From contig CAWBZI010000001.1 of the NCBI GenBank assembly GCA_963793265.1, positions 1 to 64,000 of the forward strand: a stretch of 64,000 bases of DNA. Direction: 5' to 3'. The notes beneath the pieces were generated by a model. That model saw nothing but the letters and a program-made list of their open reading frames with translations. It was not told the origin of the DNA and searched no databases. Position numbers and translations under genes: made by a program. Within the stretch, counting starts at the first letter, position 1, and each line of letters starts with the position of its first letter. This document shows positions 50,869 to 59,838 of the stretch, one piece after another. This DNA is from an uncultured cyanobacterium (GTDB lineage Bacteria > Cyanobacteriota > Cyanobacteriia > Phormidesmidales > Phormidesmidaceae).

Positions 50869-52167
50869 ATGAACATTGCCGTTGTTGGGCTCAGTCACCA
50901 GACCGCGCCCGTTGAAGTCAGAGAAAAACTCAGCATTCCTTCTGCACAGGTCGCAGACGCGATCGCTCATCTCAGCAGCTCGCACACCCTCGAAGAAGTT
51001 TCTATTCTCAGCACCTGCAATCGTCTCGAAATTCACATTGTCACCACCGAAACCGAAGCAGGCGTTCAGGGCGTGATGCGCTTCCTTTCCGAGCACAGTG
51101 GCCTTTCTTTAAACGAACTGCGCCCCCACCTGTTCGTACTGCTTCAGCAAGATGCGGTCATGCACCTGATGCGCGTCTCAGCAGGGCTCGACAGCCTGGT
51201 ACTGGGCGAAGGCCAAATTCTAGCGCAGGTAAAGCACGCGCTTAGCTTAGGCCAGCAGCACAAGGGCGTTGGTCGCATTCTCAACCGTCTGCTCAAAGAT
51301 TCTATTAAGGCCGGTAAGCGCGTTCGCACTGAAACGAACCTGGGCACGGGCGCGGTGTCGATTAGCTCGGCAGCAGCAGAGCTTGCGCTGATGAAAGTTG
51401 AGAGCTTTGACAACTGCCATATTGCAATTTTGGGCGCGGGCAAAATGGCTCGTTTGCTGGTGCAGCATCTCATTTCTAAGCGAGCCAGTAAAATCACGCT
51501 GCTCAATAGAACCATTAAGCGAGCTGACGAACTGGCCGCACAGTTTGGCGACGTTGATATTACAACCGGCACACTTGAGGGCATGTTGGATGCGGTAGTC
51601 GCCGCAGATGTGGTGTTCACCTGCACCTCTTCAGTAGAACCAATTTTGCACCGGGAGAATTTGGAGCCCGTTTGCGATGGTTCCTCAACGCTGGTGTTTG
51701 ACATCGCTGTGCCTCGTAACGTGCATAGCAATATCAGCGAAATTAACAATGTGTTTGCCTTTAATGTAGATGACCTGAAGGCGGTAGTGGCGCAGAATCA
51801 GGAGAGTCGTCGGCAGATGGCGATGGAGGCTGAGACGCTGCTAGATGAGGAGGTTGAGGCGTTTATGGACTGGTTGCGATCGCTCGACACCGTACCGACT
51901 ATCAGCAGCCTGCGCAGCAAAGTAGAAACCATTCGCACCCAAGAGTTAGAAAAAGCCATGTCGCGTTTGGGCTCAGAATTTTCTGAGAAGCATCGCGGCG
52001 TCGTTGAAGCGCTCACTCGTGGCATCGTCAACAAAATTTTGCACGATCCGATGACGCAACTACGCGCTCAAAGAGATATGGACGCGCGTGACAATGCAAT
52101 GGAGACGTTGCAGGTATTGTTTAATTTAGAAACTGCTGCTCGGGAAAAAGCGAATAGCAACCGATAG
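50869..52167 (+). CDS. hemA: Glutamyl-tRNA reductase
   Basis: [22 protein letters not shown]. Confidence 0.97.
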   Translation: MNIAVVGLSHQTAPVEVREKLSIPSAQVADAIAHLSSSHTLEEVSILSTCNRLEIHIVTTETEAGVQGVMRFLSEHSGLSLNELRPHLFVLLQQDAVMHLMRVSAGLDSLVLGEGQILAQVKHALSLGQQHKGVGRILNRLLKDSIKAGKRVRTETNLGTGAVSISSAAAELALMKVESFDNCHIAILGAGKMARLLVQHLISKRASKITLLNRTIKRADELAAQFGDVDITTGTLEGMLDAVVAADVVFTCTSSVEPILHRENLEPVCDGSSTLVFDIAVPRNVHSNISEINNVFAFNVDDLKAVVAQNQESRRQMAMEAETLLDEEVEAFMDWLRSLDTVPTISSLRSKVETIRTQELEKAMSRLGSEFSEKHRGVVEALTRGIVNKILHDPMTQLRAQRDMDARDNAMETLQVLFNLETAAREKANSNR

Positions 52168-52215
52168 CGGTTCGATAATATAAAGCACAGCACTCCTGAG
52201 ACGAAGTGAATCAAT

Positions 52216-52473
52216 ATGGCGAAGTTAACAGTTGATATTCCAGATAGGTTAGTTAGCCAGGTTGAATCAGCAGGACAGTCAGTTGAGGCTGTCCTGCTCA
52301 AGGCATTCACTAAGTATGTAGACGACGAGCTGCCTAAACGAGATATTACAAAAACTCGTACTTGGGAGCTACGCGGTAGTTTTGCAGTTGCAGAGCCCGA
52401 AGCAAAAGGCTCTGAGGCAGTAGAAACCAACTATGCAGAGCATATTGATGATGTCCTTTATAAAGGACTTTGA
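52216..52473 (+). CDS. Putative antitoxin
   Basis: Small protein with a beta/helix N-terminus and AEHIDDVLY C-terminus; overlaps the PIN gene start. Confidence 0.6.
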   Translation: MAKLTVDIPDRLVSQVESAGQSVEAVLLKAFTKYVDDELPKRDITKTRTWELRGSFAVAEPEAKGSEAVETNYAEHIDDVLYKGL

Positions 52474-52877
52474 TGACGCGGGTTTTGTGGGATACTTCTG
52501 CGCTAGTTGCCTTGTTCGTTCAATCTGAGACTCGCTACGATCAGATTGAGCGCTACGTTTTGGAAAACTCCGATCTTGAATGGGTGATTCTCTCCACAGT
52601 GCTAGACGAAACAGTAACTTGGATGAGAGCGAAAATTTCTCCAAAAGCCTCTATCCAAGTGGGCTGCATTCTTCGGCAAGAGCACACATACATAAATCTG
52701 TCAGATTCAGATGACAAAGCAGTATGGGATGCTTTTTGCAATTATGACGATAAAAGGTGGAGCTATACAGATTGCTCGCTGTTAGCGATGTCTAATCGTT
52801 TAGGCATTGCCAACGTTGTCTCATTTGATAGTCATATTAAGCAAATGTCAGGTTTAGGAATCATTTGCGTTCCCTAA
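52470..52877 (+). CDS. PIN-domain (VapC-like) toxin
   Basis: WDTSAL, VLDE, SYTDC, SFDSH acidic tetrad. Confidence 0.85.
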   Translation: MMTRVLWDTSALVALFVQSETRYDQIERYVLENSDLEWVILSTVLDETVTWMRAKISPKASIQVGCILRQEHTYINLSDSDDKAVWDAFCNYDDKRWSYTDCSLLAMSNRLGIANVVSFDSHIKQMSGLGIICVP

Positions 52878-53238
52878 GCGGTTAGTTGATAGCTACATTC
52901 ACTTGGCAAGGACTGCATATGCGGTAAATTAGAGCCGTTGTACGCAGCAGCTTATCGCCCCTTTGCTTATGCCTTTATTTGAGCGCGCGATTGGCGGCAT
53001 TGCCTGGTCGGTTGGCGATGAGTGCGATCGCCCGCAAAACCCAGTTCAAAGACGGCTCAAATAATGGTCGAACAAAAGTATATAGACTACTGGAAAGCCC
53101 AACAGACCGAGCAGGCAGCTCAAATAAAAGAGAGGGTGCTATCGACTGGAAGGGTTGTCTATGAAAGTAACGAATCCTCAAGTAGAAGCCGTAGATAATG
53201 ACCGACAATGGCAAGACATACTTGCTACACACCTTGCC

Positions 53239-54007
53239 ATGCCCCGTTCTATCTGCCAGTCATTAATTCAGCACTTCCGCCCCTTCGCCCGCATTTGCAC
53301 AATTTGCCTACTCCTGACGCTCACCATAGGCTGCGCCGCCAGTGCAACGGAACCCACTGACGGCCCCTACAGCTACAAAACGCCCAGCTCAGACGGCATC
53401 GGCAAAGTCTATTACGGTCGCGAAATTGCCGAAGTCATGGGCTATCAGGGCGCGAACTGGCTCGCTCGCCCAAGCCGTACTACCGAAGAACGATCGGATA
53501 TGGCGGTAGACGCGCTCATGCTAGAACGCGATGACGTGGTTGCCGATATTGGCGCAGGGCTAGGCTACATCAGCTTTCAGCTTGCGCATTGGGTAGATGA
53601 CAGGGAAAGTGATTGCAGTTGATGTGCAGCCAGAAATGCTGGCGCTGCTAGAGGCTGAACGCGATGAGTATGGCGTTAAAAACGTAGAGACTGTATTGAG
53701 CGCCGAGTCAGATCCAAATCTGCCTGATGAGAGCATTGATATGGCCGTGATGTTTGACGCCTATCATGAGTTTGCCTATCCAGCAGAAATGATGGCAGGT
53801 ATTGTGAAAGCACTCAAGCCGGGCGGGCAGGTGGTGCTGGCTGAGTATCGCGCTGAGAATCCTTTAGTACTGATTAAAAAACATCATAAAATGTCTCAAA
53901 AGCAGGTGAAAAAGGAGTTAACAGCAGCGGGCCTAGTGTGGACTAAGACAGATGATCGGTTACCGCAACAGCACCTTATGTTTTTTGAAAAGCCTGAGCG
54001 CGCCTAA
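53239..54007 (+). CDS. Class I SAM-dependent methyltransferase with a lipoprotein-like N-terminus; frameshift near 53597
   Basis: LTIGC, YYGREIA.VMG, VADIGAGLGY, then AVDVQPEM and DAYHEF in the next frame. Confidence 0.8.
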
Positions 54008-54044
54008 GTAAACTGCTGAAAAGATTACTAGCAGGCACTGGCGG

Positions 54045-55469
54045 ATGAATCGGTTCGTGGGGCAGTTTCAATTAGGATTAGAAGCATCGGCCCTTCAGAT
54101 AGGGAGTCGAACGATTTCGGTGAGTGCGATCGCTCAGTTTCTGCTCATTGTTTTAGTCACGGTCGCTATCTCTTTGGGCATAAAGCGTGTGCTATCGCTT
54201 TATTTGCTGAACCGGCTCGGGTTGCAACAGGGCACAAGAGAATCTATCGCAGCGATTACAACCTATGCGTCAGGAACATTGCTGTGCATTGTTCTATTGC
54301 AATTTGCAGGGATTAACTTAGCTTCAATAGCTGTCTTAGCAGGGAGCTTAGGCATCGGTATTGGCTTTGGCCTGCAAGAAATTACCAAAGACTTTACCAG
54401 CGGGTTAGCGCTACTGATTGAGCGCAAGCTGAAAGTAGGAGACTTTGTTGAGCTTAATGACTTAAGTGGCTACATTGCCGAAATCTCTCTGCGATCTACT
54501 GTGATCAGAACCCTCACCCAAAAGCATATTGTTGTGCCTAATAGCCATTTGGTCAGCAATCAGGTCATCAACTGGACATACTCTAATACCAAAGGGTGGG
54601 TTTCTATGCTAGTTAGCGTGACGCACGAAAGCGATCCGCTACTGGTGATTGAAGTACTAATGGACTCGGCCTATCTAGAAGAAACAGTTTCGCTAGAGCA
54701 TCCACCGGAGGTCTACTTCACCGCAATTAGAGAAAACGCTTTGGACTTTAAGCTTTGGGTTTGGAGCAACCAGATTGATACGAAGTTTATGCTGGAAAGT
54801 TCGCTCAACTATATTATTTTGCAAAACTTGAAGCAGCACGGTATTCGGCTTGCCTCACCCCGACTGGACTTGTGGAACCGTACGCCTAATTTAGCGATCG
54901 CACAAACCTCATCAACCCACGAAAATAATTTAGACACCCTGTCTAAGCCCGTTGCCGTTAGAGACTTACTCAAGCAGCTTTCCTTTTTCAGAAACTGCAC
55001 CGAGATAGAACTACGCAAGCTCGTTGAAATCGGCCATCGCAAGCGACTAGAACCGTTTGAAACGCTTTATCAAGAAGGTGACCCAGGAGACGCATTCTAC
55101 ATTATTCTGTGTGGTGCGGTGGGATACACGCTTGAAAGTACTGACGCAAACCCCGAACAAGCGACCATCATGAGAACAGGACAGTTTGTCGGGGAGTTCT
55201 CTTTAATGTTGAACGTACCGCGAACGGTCACGGTCAGGGCAGTCGAGGAGACAACGCTGTTTTCTATTAGTCCCAAAGGATTCAAGAAGCTGCTACGCGA
55301 TCAGCCTCATCTGTACGATGTCATTGTCAAAGAAATGGCTCGTCATGAGGAAGAACTTTCCCAGCAGGGCCGTCAGCTACGAAAGCTGGGTCTGATCAAC
55401 TCGGACGATTACAATCTAAACCCGGTTGAGTGGATTCGGAAGCGTTTAGAAGGGTTGTTTGGGCTGTAA
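54045..55469 (+). CDS. MscS mechanosensitive channel with C-terminal cNMP-binding domain
   Basis: GIGFGLQ, VPNS, GDPGDAFYII, GEFSL..PRT.TV. Confidence 0.9.
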   Translation: MNRFVGQFQLGLEASALQIGSRTISVSAIAQFLLIVLVTVAISLGIKRVLSLYLLNRLGLQQGTRESIAAITTYASGTLLCIVLLQFAGINLASIAVLAGSLGIGIGFGLQEITKDFTSGLALLIERKLKVGDFVELNDLSGYIAEISLRSTVIRTLTQKHIVVPNSHLVSNQVINWTYSNTKGWVSMLVSVTHESDPLLVIEVLMDSAYLEETVSLEHPPEVYFTAIRENALDFKLWVWSNQIDTKFMLESSLNYIILQNLKQHGIRLASPRLDLWNRTPNLAIAQTSSTHENNLDTLSKPVAVRDLLKQLSFFRNCTEIELRKLVEIGHRKRLEPFETLYQEGDPGDAFYIILCGAVGYTLESTDANPEQATIMRTGQFVGEFSLMLNVPRTVTVRAVEETTLFSISPKGFKKLLRDQPHLYDVIVKEMARHEEELSQQGRQLRKLGLINSDDYNLNPVEWIRKRLEGLFGL

Positions 55470-55501
55470 GCCCGTCTGCTGTCAGCCTAAGGGTCAGCAC
55501 C

Positions 55502-56374
55502 TCATTCGTGCCAGTCTACCAAATCAGCAACCGGGGCTCCTTGGGAGCTAACGTCTAACTCTTCGCGGCGAATAGTCTCTTGAGTTCTCACCACATCTTG
55601 CATGGTTTCTTTGCGAACCGTGACGTTTTGGTAGGGGACTACGCGGCGACAAACTTCAGCTTGGTCTTCGTAGATGCCCATGCGAACGGTGCCATCTTCA
55701 GCCACTTCAGCATCCCCAAAGTCTACACGTGTCTCTCCACCGTAAATAGACTCTATTTCAATAATGACTTTCTCTTTGGTGATAGGAATAGCGGTACCGT
55801 TCGTCTCAGTGACCGTACGCTTTGAAATTTTCACCTCGCCAGTTTTCACCCGTTGCCTTTGAGTGGTTATGCGTTCCTCGTATAGCTGAATAGGCCGATC
55901 TTTTTTCTCTGCCACGTCTTGAACAACATCTTCTCTGGCTACAGCTGGCTCAAATTCTCTCGTGGCCATAGGCTCAGTTGCAAGCCCTCGTTCCTCTACA
56001 GGCACCGTCATTTCAACCGGCACTGACTGTTCGAGCGGCGTCATCTGGTATATCTCTAGTCCCCGACCCACTACGTACTGACTATCGTCGTACTTTGATA
56101 GGTGACCAAACTCTTCTCGATTGAGAGTGCGGGTATAAATTCGATTTTCGTTAGGAAGGTCAGTACAGCGGTCAACCGGTACTAATACCCTCTTATGCCC
56201 ACCAGATTTGACGACTAGGTACTGTAACTGATCTTGCTCATCAACCAGCAGTTCGTCAACGCTTCCTACCTTATGATTTTCGGCGCTATAAACGTCTAGG
56301 CCCTTAAGGTCACGCCCCTTGAAGTAGGTATCTCTATAGTTGGGGTGGCGATCGCCTATTTTGTGCAGGGCCAT
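55502..56374 (-). CDS. PRC-barrel + DUF2382 protein
   Basis: KVGSVDELLVD, YLVV, LYEER, IRREELDV. Confidence 0.85.
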   Translation of the reverse strand: MALHKIGDRHPNYRDTYFKGRDLKGLDVYSAENHKVGSVDELLVDEQDQLQYLVVKSGGHKRVLVPVDRCTDLPNENRIYTRTLNREEFGHLSKYDDSQYVVGRGLEIYQMTPLEQSVPVEMTVPVEERGLATEPMATREFEPAVAREDVVQDVAEKKDRPIQLYEERITTQRQRVKTGEVKISKRTVTETNGTAIPITKEKVIIEIESIYGGETRVDFGDAEVAEDGTVRMGIYEDQAEVCRRVVPYQNVTVRKETMQDVVRTQETIRREELDVSSQGAPVADLVDWHE

Positions 56375-56718
56375 AGTAGCTAACCTTCGTTTAAACGATT
56401 TACGACTGTGAGCCAGCATAGCCAAGTAGTTTTCTCTTTTCCTTCCACCGGAGGAGAGAGTATTGAAGGCTAGGCGATTCTAGAGGTACTGAAATGTTGT
56501 TATGAGTAAAACTATACCTACCTGGATGTTACTGTCTCTAACTTTCGGTAGGTTCATATAAAGCGCCGTCTGCATAGTCTAAAGGAGAAGCGTTTGCGAA
56601 AGACAACGCTCGTTAGCAGTCGTAGAGTGATGTCGGCGCTAGCAGCAGTTCTAGCCGTAAGAAAGCTAAGAATTAAGCAAACACAAAAGAATCTACAGCA
56701 CTTTAAGGAGTCTTGACT

Positions 56719-57363
56719 ATGACATATACAGAGAGAAACGACAGAACTGACGTGGGCGTTCGCACTGCGCCCGTGCCTACTGGCATCGTAGCCGAATACC
56801 ATGACACCGTGCGATGGGGCCCAATCTTCGCCGGTATTGTTGTAGCTGTTGTTTCACAGCTAATGCTTAGCGCGCTGGGTGCATCCATAGGTGGATTTGC
56901 CGCAGGTGAAGCTGCTCCCGGAACAATCGGCACCAGCTTAGGCATTTGGGCTGTTATTAGCCTGTTAATCTCCTTATTCTTAGGCGCATGGGTGATGGCC
57001 TCATCGTGTGGCCCCATGAATAGCAAAACAGCTATGCTCAACGGCACTATCATGTGGGCAACCACGCTTGTGATTAGTGGCTGGTTGCTAGCTAGCGGTG
57101 TATCAGGTACCTTCGGCGTGTTAGCCACTAGCGTAGGCGATGCGGCAGGTGGCGTATTCAATCAGGTTCAACAGCCCGGTGGTTTAGAGATTCCTAGCCA
57201 AGAGCAGGTTGCGCAAGCCGTTCCTAATATCAATGCTGACCAGGCTGCTGCAACGGCTGCTAAAGGTGGGCTCTACTTCTTGATTGGTTCACTGCTCGGT
57301 TTGGTAGCCGCTCTGATCGGTTCTTCAGTAGGTGCTAAAAAGCCCAGAGCTGTTGTTCGCTAG
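56719..57363 (+). CDS. Conserved Gly/Ala-rich membrane protein
   Basis: HDTVRWGPIFAG; about 4 TM helices. Confidence 0.7.
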   Translation: MTYTERNDRTDVGVRTAPVPTGIVAEYHDTVRWGPIFAGIVVAVVSQLMLSALGASIGGFAAGEAAPGTIGTSLGIWAVISLLISLFLGAWVMASSCGPMNSKTAMLNGTIMWATTLVISGWLLASGVSGTFGVLATSVGDAAGGVFNQVQQPGGLEIPSQEQVAQAVPNINADQAAATAAKGGLYFLIGSLLGLVAALIGSSVGAKKPRAVVR

Positions 57364-57406
57364 AAGCATTCTTCGCAAGATCTTACAATACAGGTTCGTG
57401 AATTTT

Positions 57407-57442
57407 AGAGAGTGCTGATGTATTGGCACTCTCTTTTCTTTT
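57407..57442 (+). terminator. Intrinsic terminator
   Basis: AGAGAGTGC-N10-GCACTCTCT followed by a T-rich tract. Confidence 0.7.
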
Positions 57443-57587
57443 GACTGTTCTGCTTACGCCTATTTGAGTACTTTGCAAAAAGAGTATCTCTCTCTATTTA
57501 TTCATGAAACCTCAAAGAGAAATCGCTACATTGTTTACATAGCGTTAAACACGCGAAGAACATAATTAGAAATGGAGAAACCAACGC

Positions 57588-58460
57588 ATGGCACTTGTCA
57601 GCCTGAAAGAAACTTACCCCGATTATCGCAACACTTTTAGCGATCCTAGTCTCAGTCACCTTGACGACTACAGCGTATACGCAGACGGCGACGATAAAGT
57701 CGGTACTATAGAAGACGGTTTGTTTGATAGCACCACGGGTCAATTCCGCTACCTGATTGTTGATACAGGCGTTTGGATCTTTGGTAAAAAGGTCTTGCTG
57801 CCGATCGGTCGCGCCCAGTTTGACAACTCCCAGAAACGTGTTTATGTCTCCGGCCTTACAAAAGAGCAGGTAGAGAATTTGCCTAAGTACGATGGTATTA
57901 GTAGCGTAGATTACGACTACGAAGAGAACGTTCGTGGTGTGTATCGCGAAAACACCGTTGGTCAGAGTGCGGCTGTTGCAGGCGCTACCCCAGTGAGCGG
58001 CAGAGCTTACACCAACGAAACCTATAGCTACGAAGATCACGACGCCGATCTTTATACGGTTCCTGAAACTGAGAGAGCCAACCAGCCTATTCGTCTTTAC
58101 GAAGAGCGCCTGATTGCAGGTAAAGACCGCTACAAAGCAGGTGACGTACGAGTTGGTAAGCACGTAGAAACTGAGACTACTAGCGTATCTATTCCTGTTG
58201 AGAAAGAGCGCGTTGTTATTGAGCGCTCAGCGCCTACGACAACGACTAGCACTGACGTTAACCACGCATTCGAAGATGGCGAAGTTGCTCGCGTAGAAGT
58301 ATACGCTGAGAAAGCAACCGTTGGTAAAGAAGCGTTTGTACGTGAAGAAGTGAACGTTCGTAAAGAGACAGAGCAGGAAATGGTCAGCGAGCAAGCAACC
58401 ATTCGCCGTGAAGAGCTAGACGTCGTAACTGATGGTGATGACACTGTTATTAACCGATAG
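57588..58460 (+). CDS. PRC-barrel + DUF2382 protein
   Basis: RYLIVDTGVWIFGKKVLLPIG, LYEERL, IRREELDV. Confidence 0.9.
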   Translation: MALVSLKETYPDYRNTFSDPSLSHLDDYSVYADGDDKVGTIEDGLFDSTTGQFRYLIVDTGVWIFGKKVLLPIGRAQFDNSQKRVYVSGLTKEQVENLPKYDGISSVDYDYEENVRGVYRENTVGQSAAVAGATPVSGRAYTNETYSYEDHDADLYTVPETERANQPIRLYEERLIAGKDRYKAGDVRVGKHVETETTSVSIPVEKERVVIERSAPTTTTSTDVNHAFEDGEVARVEVYAEKATVGKEAFVREEVNVRKETEQEMVSEQATIRREELDVVTDGDDTVINR

Positions 58461-58537
58461 ATCTGCTGCATACTCCAAAATCTAGCCTGCGGTCAGATCG
58501 GCCGGACGAACAAATGGCTAGATAAATAGTGCCTTGT

Positions 58538-58578
58538 AAAGCGAAGTGCCCTTGTAAAGGTCGCTTCGCTTTCCTTTT
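58538..58578 (+). terminator. Intrinsic terminator
   Basis: AAAGCGAAGTG...CGCTTCGCTTT followed by CCTTTT. Confidence 0.65.
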
Positions 58579-58637
58579 GCGATTCACCGCCTCATGGCAC
58601 AATTGACAGTAGCTATGAGGATAGAGGGATCTTAAAA

Positions 58638-59186
58638 ATGTTTAAGCGATTTGCTACGCTGCTGTTGGTTGTTTGTTTGTTTGTAGGGGCACAGGGCTTG
58701 CAAAGCTGCTCTAGCACGACGAGTTTGCAATCGTACAACGACAGCTATGAGGGCTACGAGTTTAAGTATCCAACTGGGTGGGTAGAGGCGGATGTGCCTG
58801 GCGGGCCGGATACGGTTTTTCACGACATCATTAACGCCAGTGAAAACGTTAGCGTGGTCATTAGCCCCGTTTCAGGTGGCAAAACACTGCCGGACTTGGG
58901 TACCCCTACAGAAGTTGGCTACAAGCTTTCTAAAAGCATTACCTCGATGAGTACTGACGATCGCAACGTAGAGCTGGTCAATGCTCAGTCGTTTGAGGCG
59001 GGCGATAAGCTGTATTACATTTTGGAATATATTGCTAATTTGCCTTCGGGAACGCGTCATGATTTGGCGAGTGTGATTGTTCGTCGCGGCCAGCTCTATA
59101 CGTTTAATGCTTCTATTCCCGAGCGCAGATGGGACAAGGTGAAGCAGACGATGAAGCAGACGGTGGCGTCTTTCTCGGTGTATTGA
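58638..59186 (+). CDS. psbP: Cyanobacterial PsbP lipoprotein (CyanoP)
   Basis: LQSC lipobox, YEFKYPTGW, ENVSVVISP, LGTPTEVG, SFSVY. Confidence 0.92.
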   Translation: MFKRFATLLLVVCLFVGAQGLQSCSSTTSLQSYNDSYEGYEFKYPTGWVEADVPGGPDTVFHDIINASENVSVVISPVSGGKTLPDLGTPTEVGYKLSKSITSMSTDDRNVELVNAQSFEAGDKLYYILEYIANLPSGTRHDLASVIVRRGQLYTFNASIPERRWDKVKQTMKQTVASFSVY

Positions 59187-59207
59187 TTACTTGCTTTTTG
59201 GGTTTTT

Positions 59208-59801
59208 ATGGCTGATATTCAATTTGTGCTGGCGTCTGCTTCGGTGGCGCGGCGAAAGCTGCTGATAGACGCTGGTATTCAGCCCTTTGTGTGTCCGAGC
59301 AACTTCGATGAAGATCAGGTTGTGATTAGCGATCCGCCAGAGCTGGTAAAGGTACTGGCGAGAGGCAAGGCTGAGGCGGTCGCGCCCCAGTTTCCAAGTG
59401 CGCTGGTGCTGGGCTGTGATTCGGTGCTGGCGATCGCAGGCACTATCTACGGCAAGCCTGAGAGTGAGGCCGAAGCGATCGCCCGCTGGCAGAAAATGCG
59501 CGGTGGCACAGGCGAACTCTACACTGGCTACGCCCTGATTGCCCCAAACTGCGAGCCCTTAGTCAGGTGCCGCATGACCAAGGTATTTTTTGCAAACGTC
59601 ACTGACGACGAGATTGAAGCCTATATCAGAACAGGCGAGCCAATGCAGTGTGCTGGGGCGTTTGCGACAGACGGCAAGGGCAGTATGTTTGTCGAAAAAA
59701 TTGAAGGCTGCAATACAAATGTTGTGGGTTTGAGTATTCCGTTGCTGCGAGAAATGATGGCTGAGTTGGGCTATCGTGCGATAGATTTTTGGGGACGGTA
59801 G
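59208..59801 (+). CDS. maf: Maf-like nucleoside triphosphate pyrophosphatase
   Basis: LASAS.ARRKLL, GCDS, YGKP, NVVGLS. Confidence 0.92.
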   Translation: MADIQFVLASASVARRKLLIDAGIQPFVCPSNFDEDQVVISDPPELVKVLARGKAEAVAPQFPSALVLGCDSVLAIAGTIYGKPESEAEAIARWQKMRGGTGELYTGYALIAPNCEPLVRCRMTKVFFANVTDDEIEAYIRTGEPMQCAGAFATDGKGSMFVEKIEGCNTNVVGLSIPLLREMMAELGYRAIDFWGR

Positions 59802-59838
59802 CGGTCAGTCTTGGGACTGGTCAGTGGAGTAAATCAAG

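Noticed and set aside
38123..58471. Long antisense ORFs (e.g. 39247-39792, 51144-51749, 57498-58163)
   Set aside because: Shadows of well-supported genes on the opposite strand, with no recognisable motifs.
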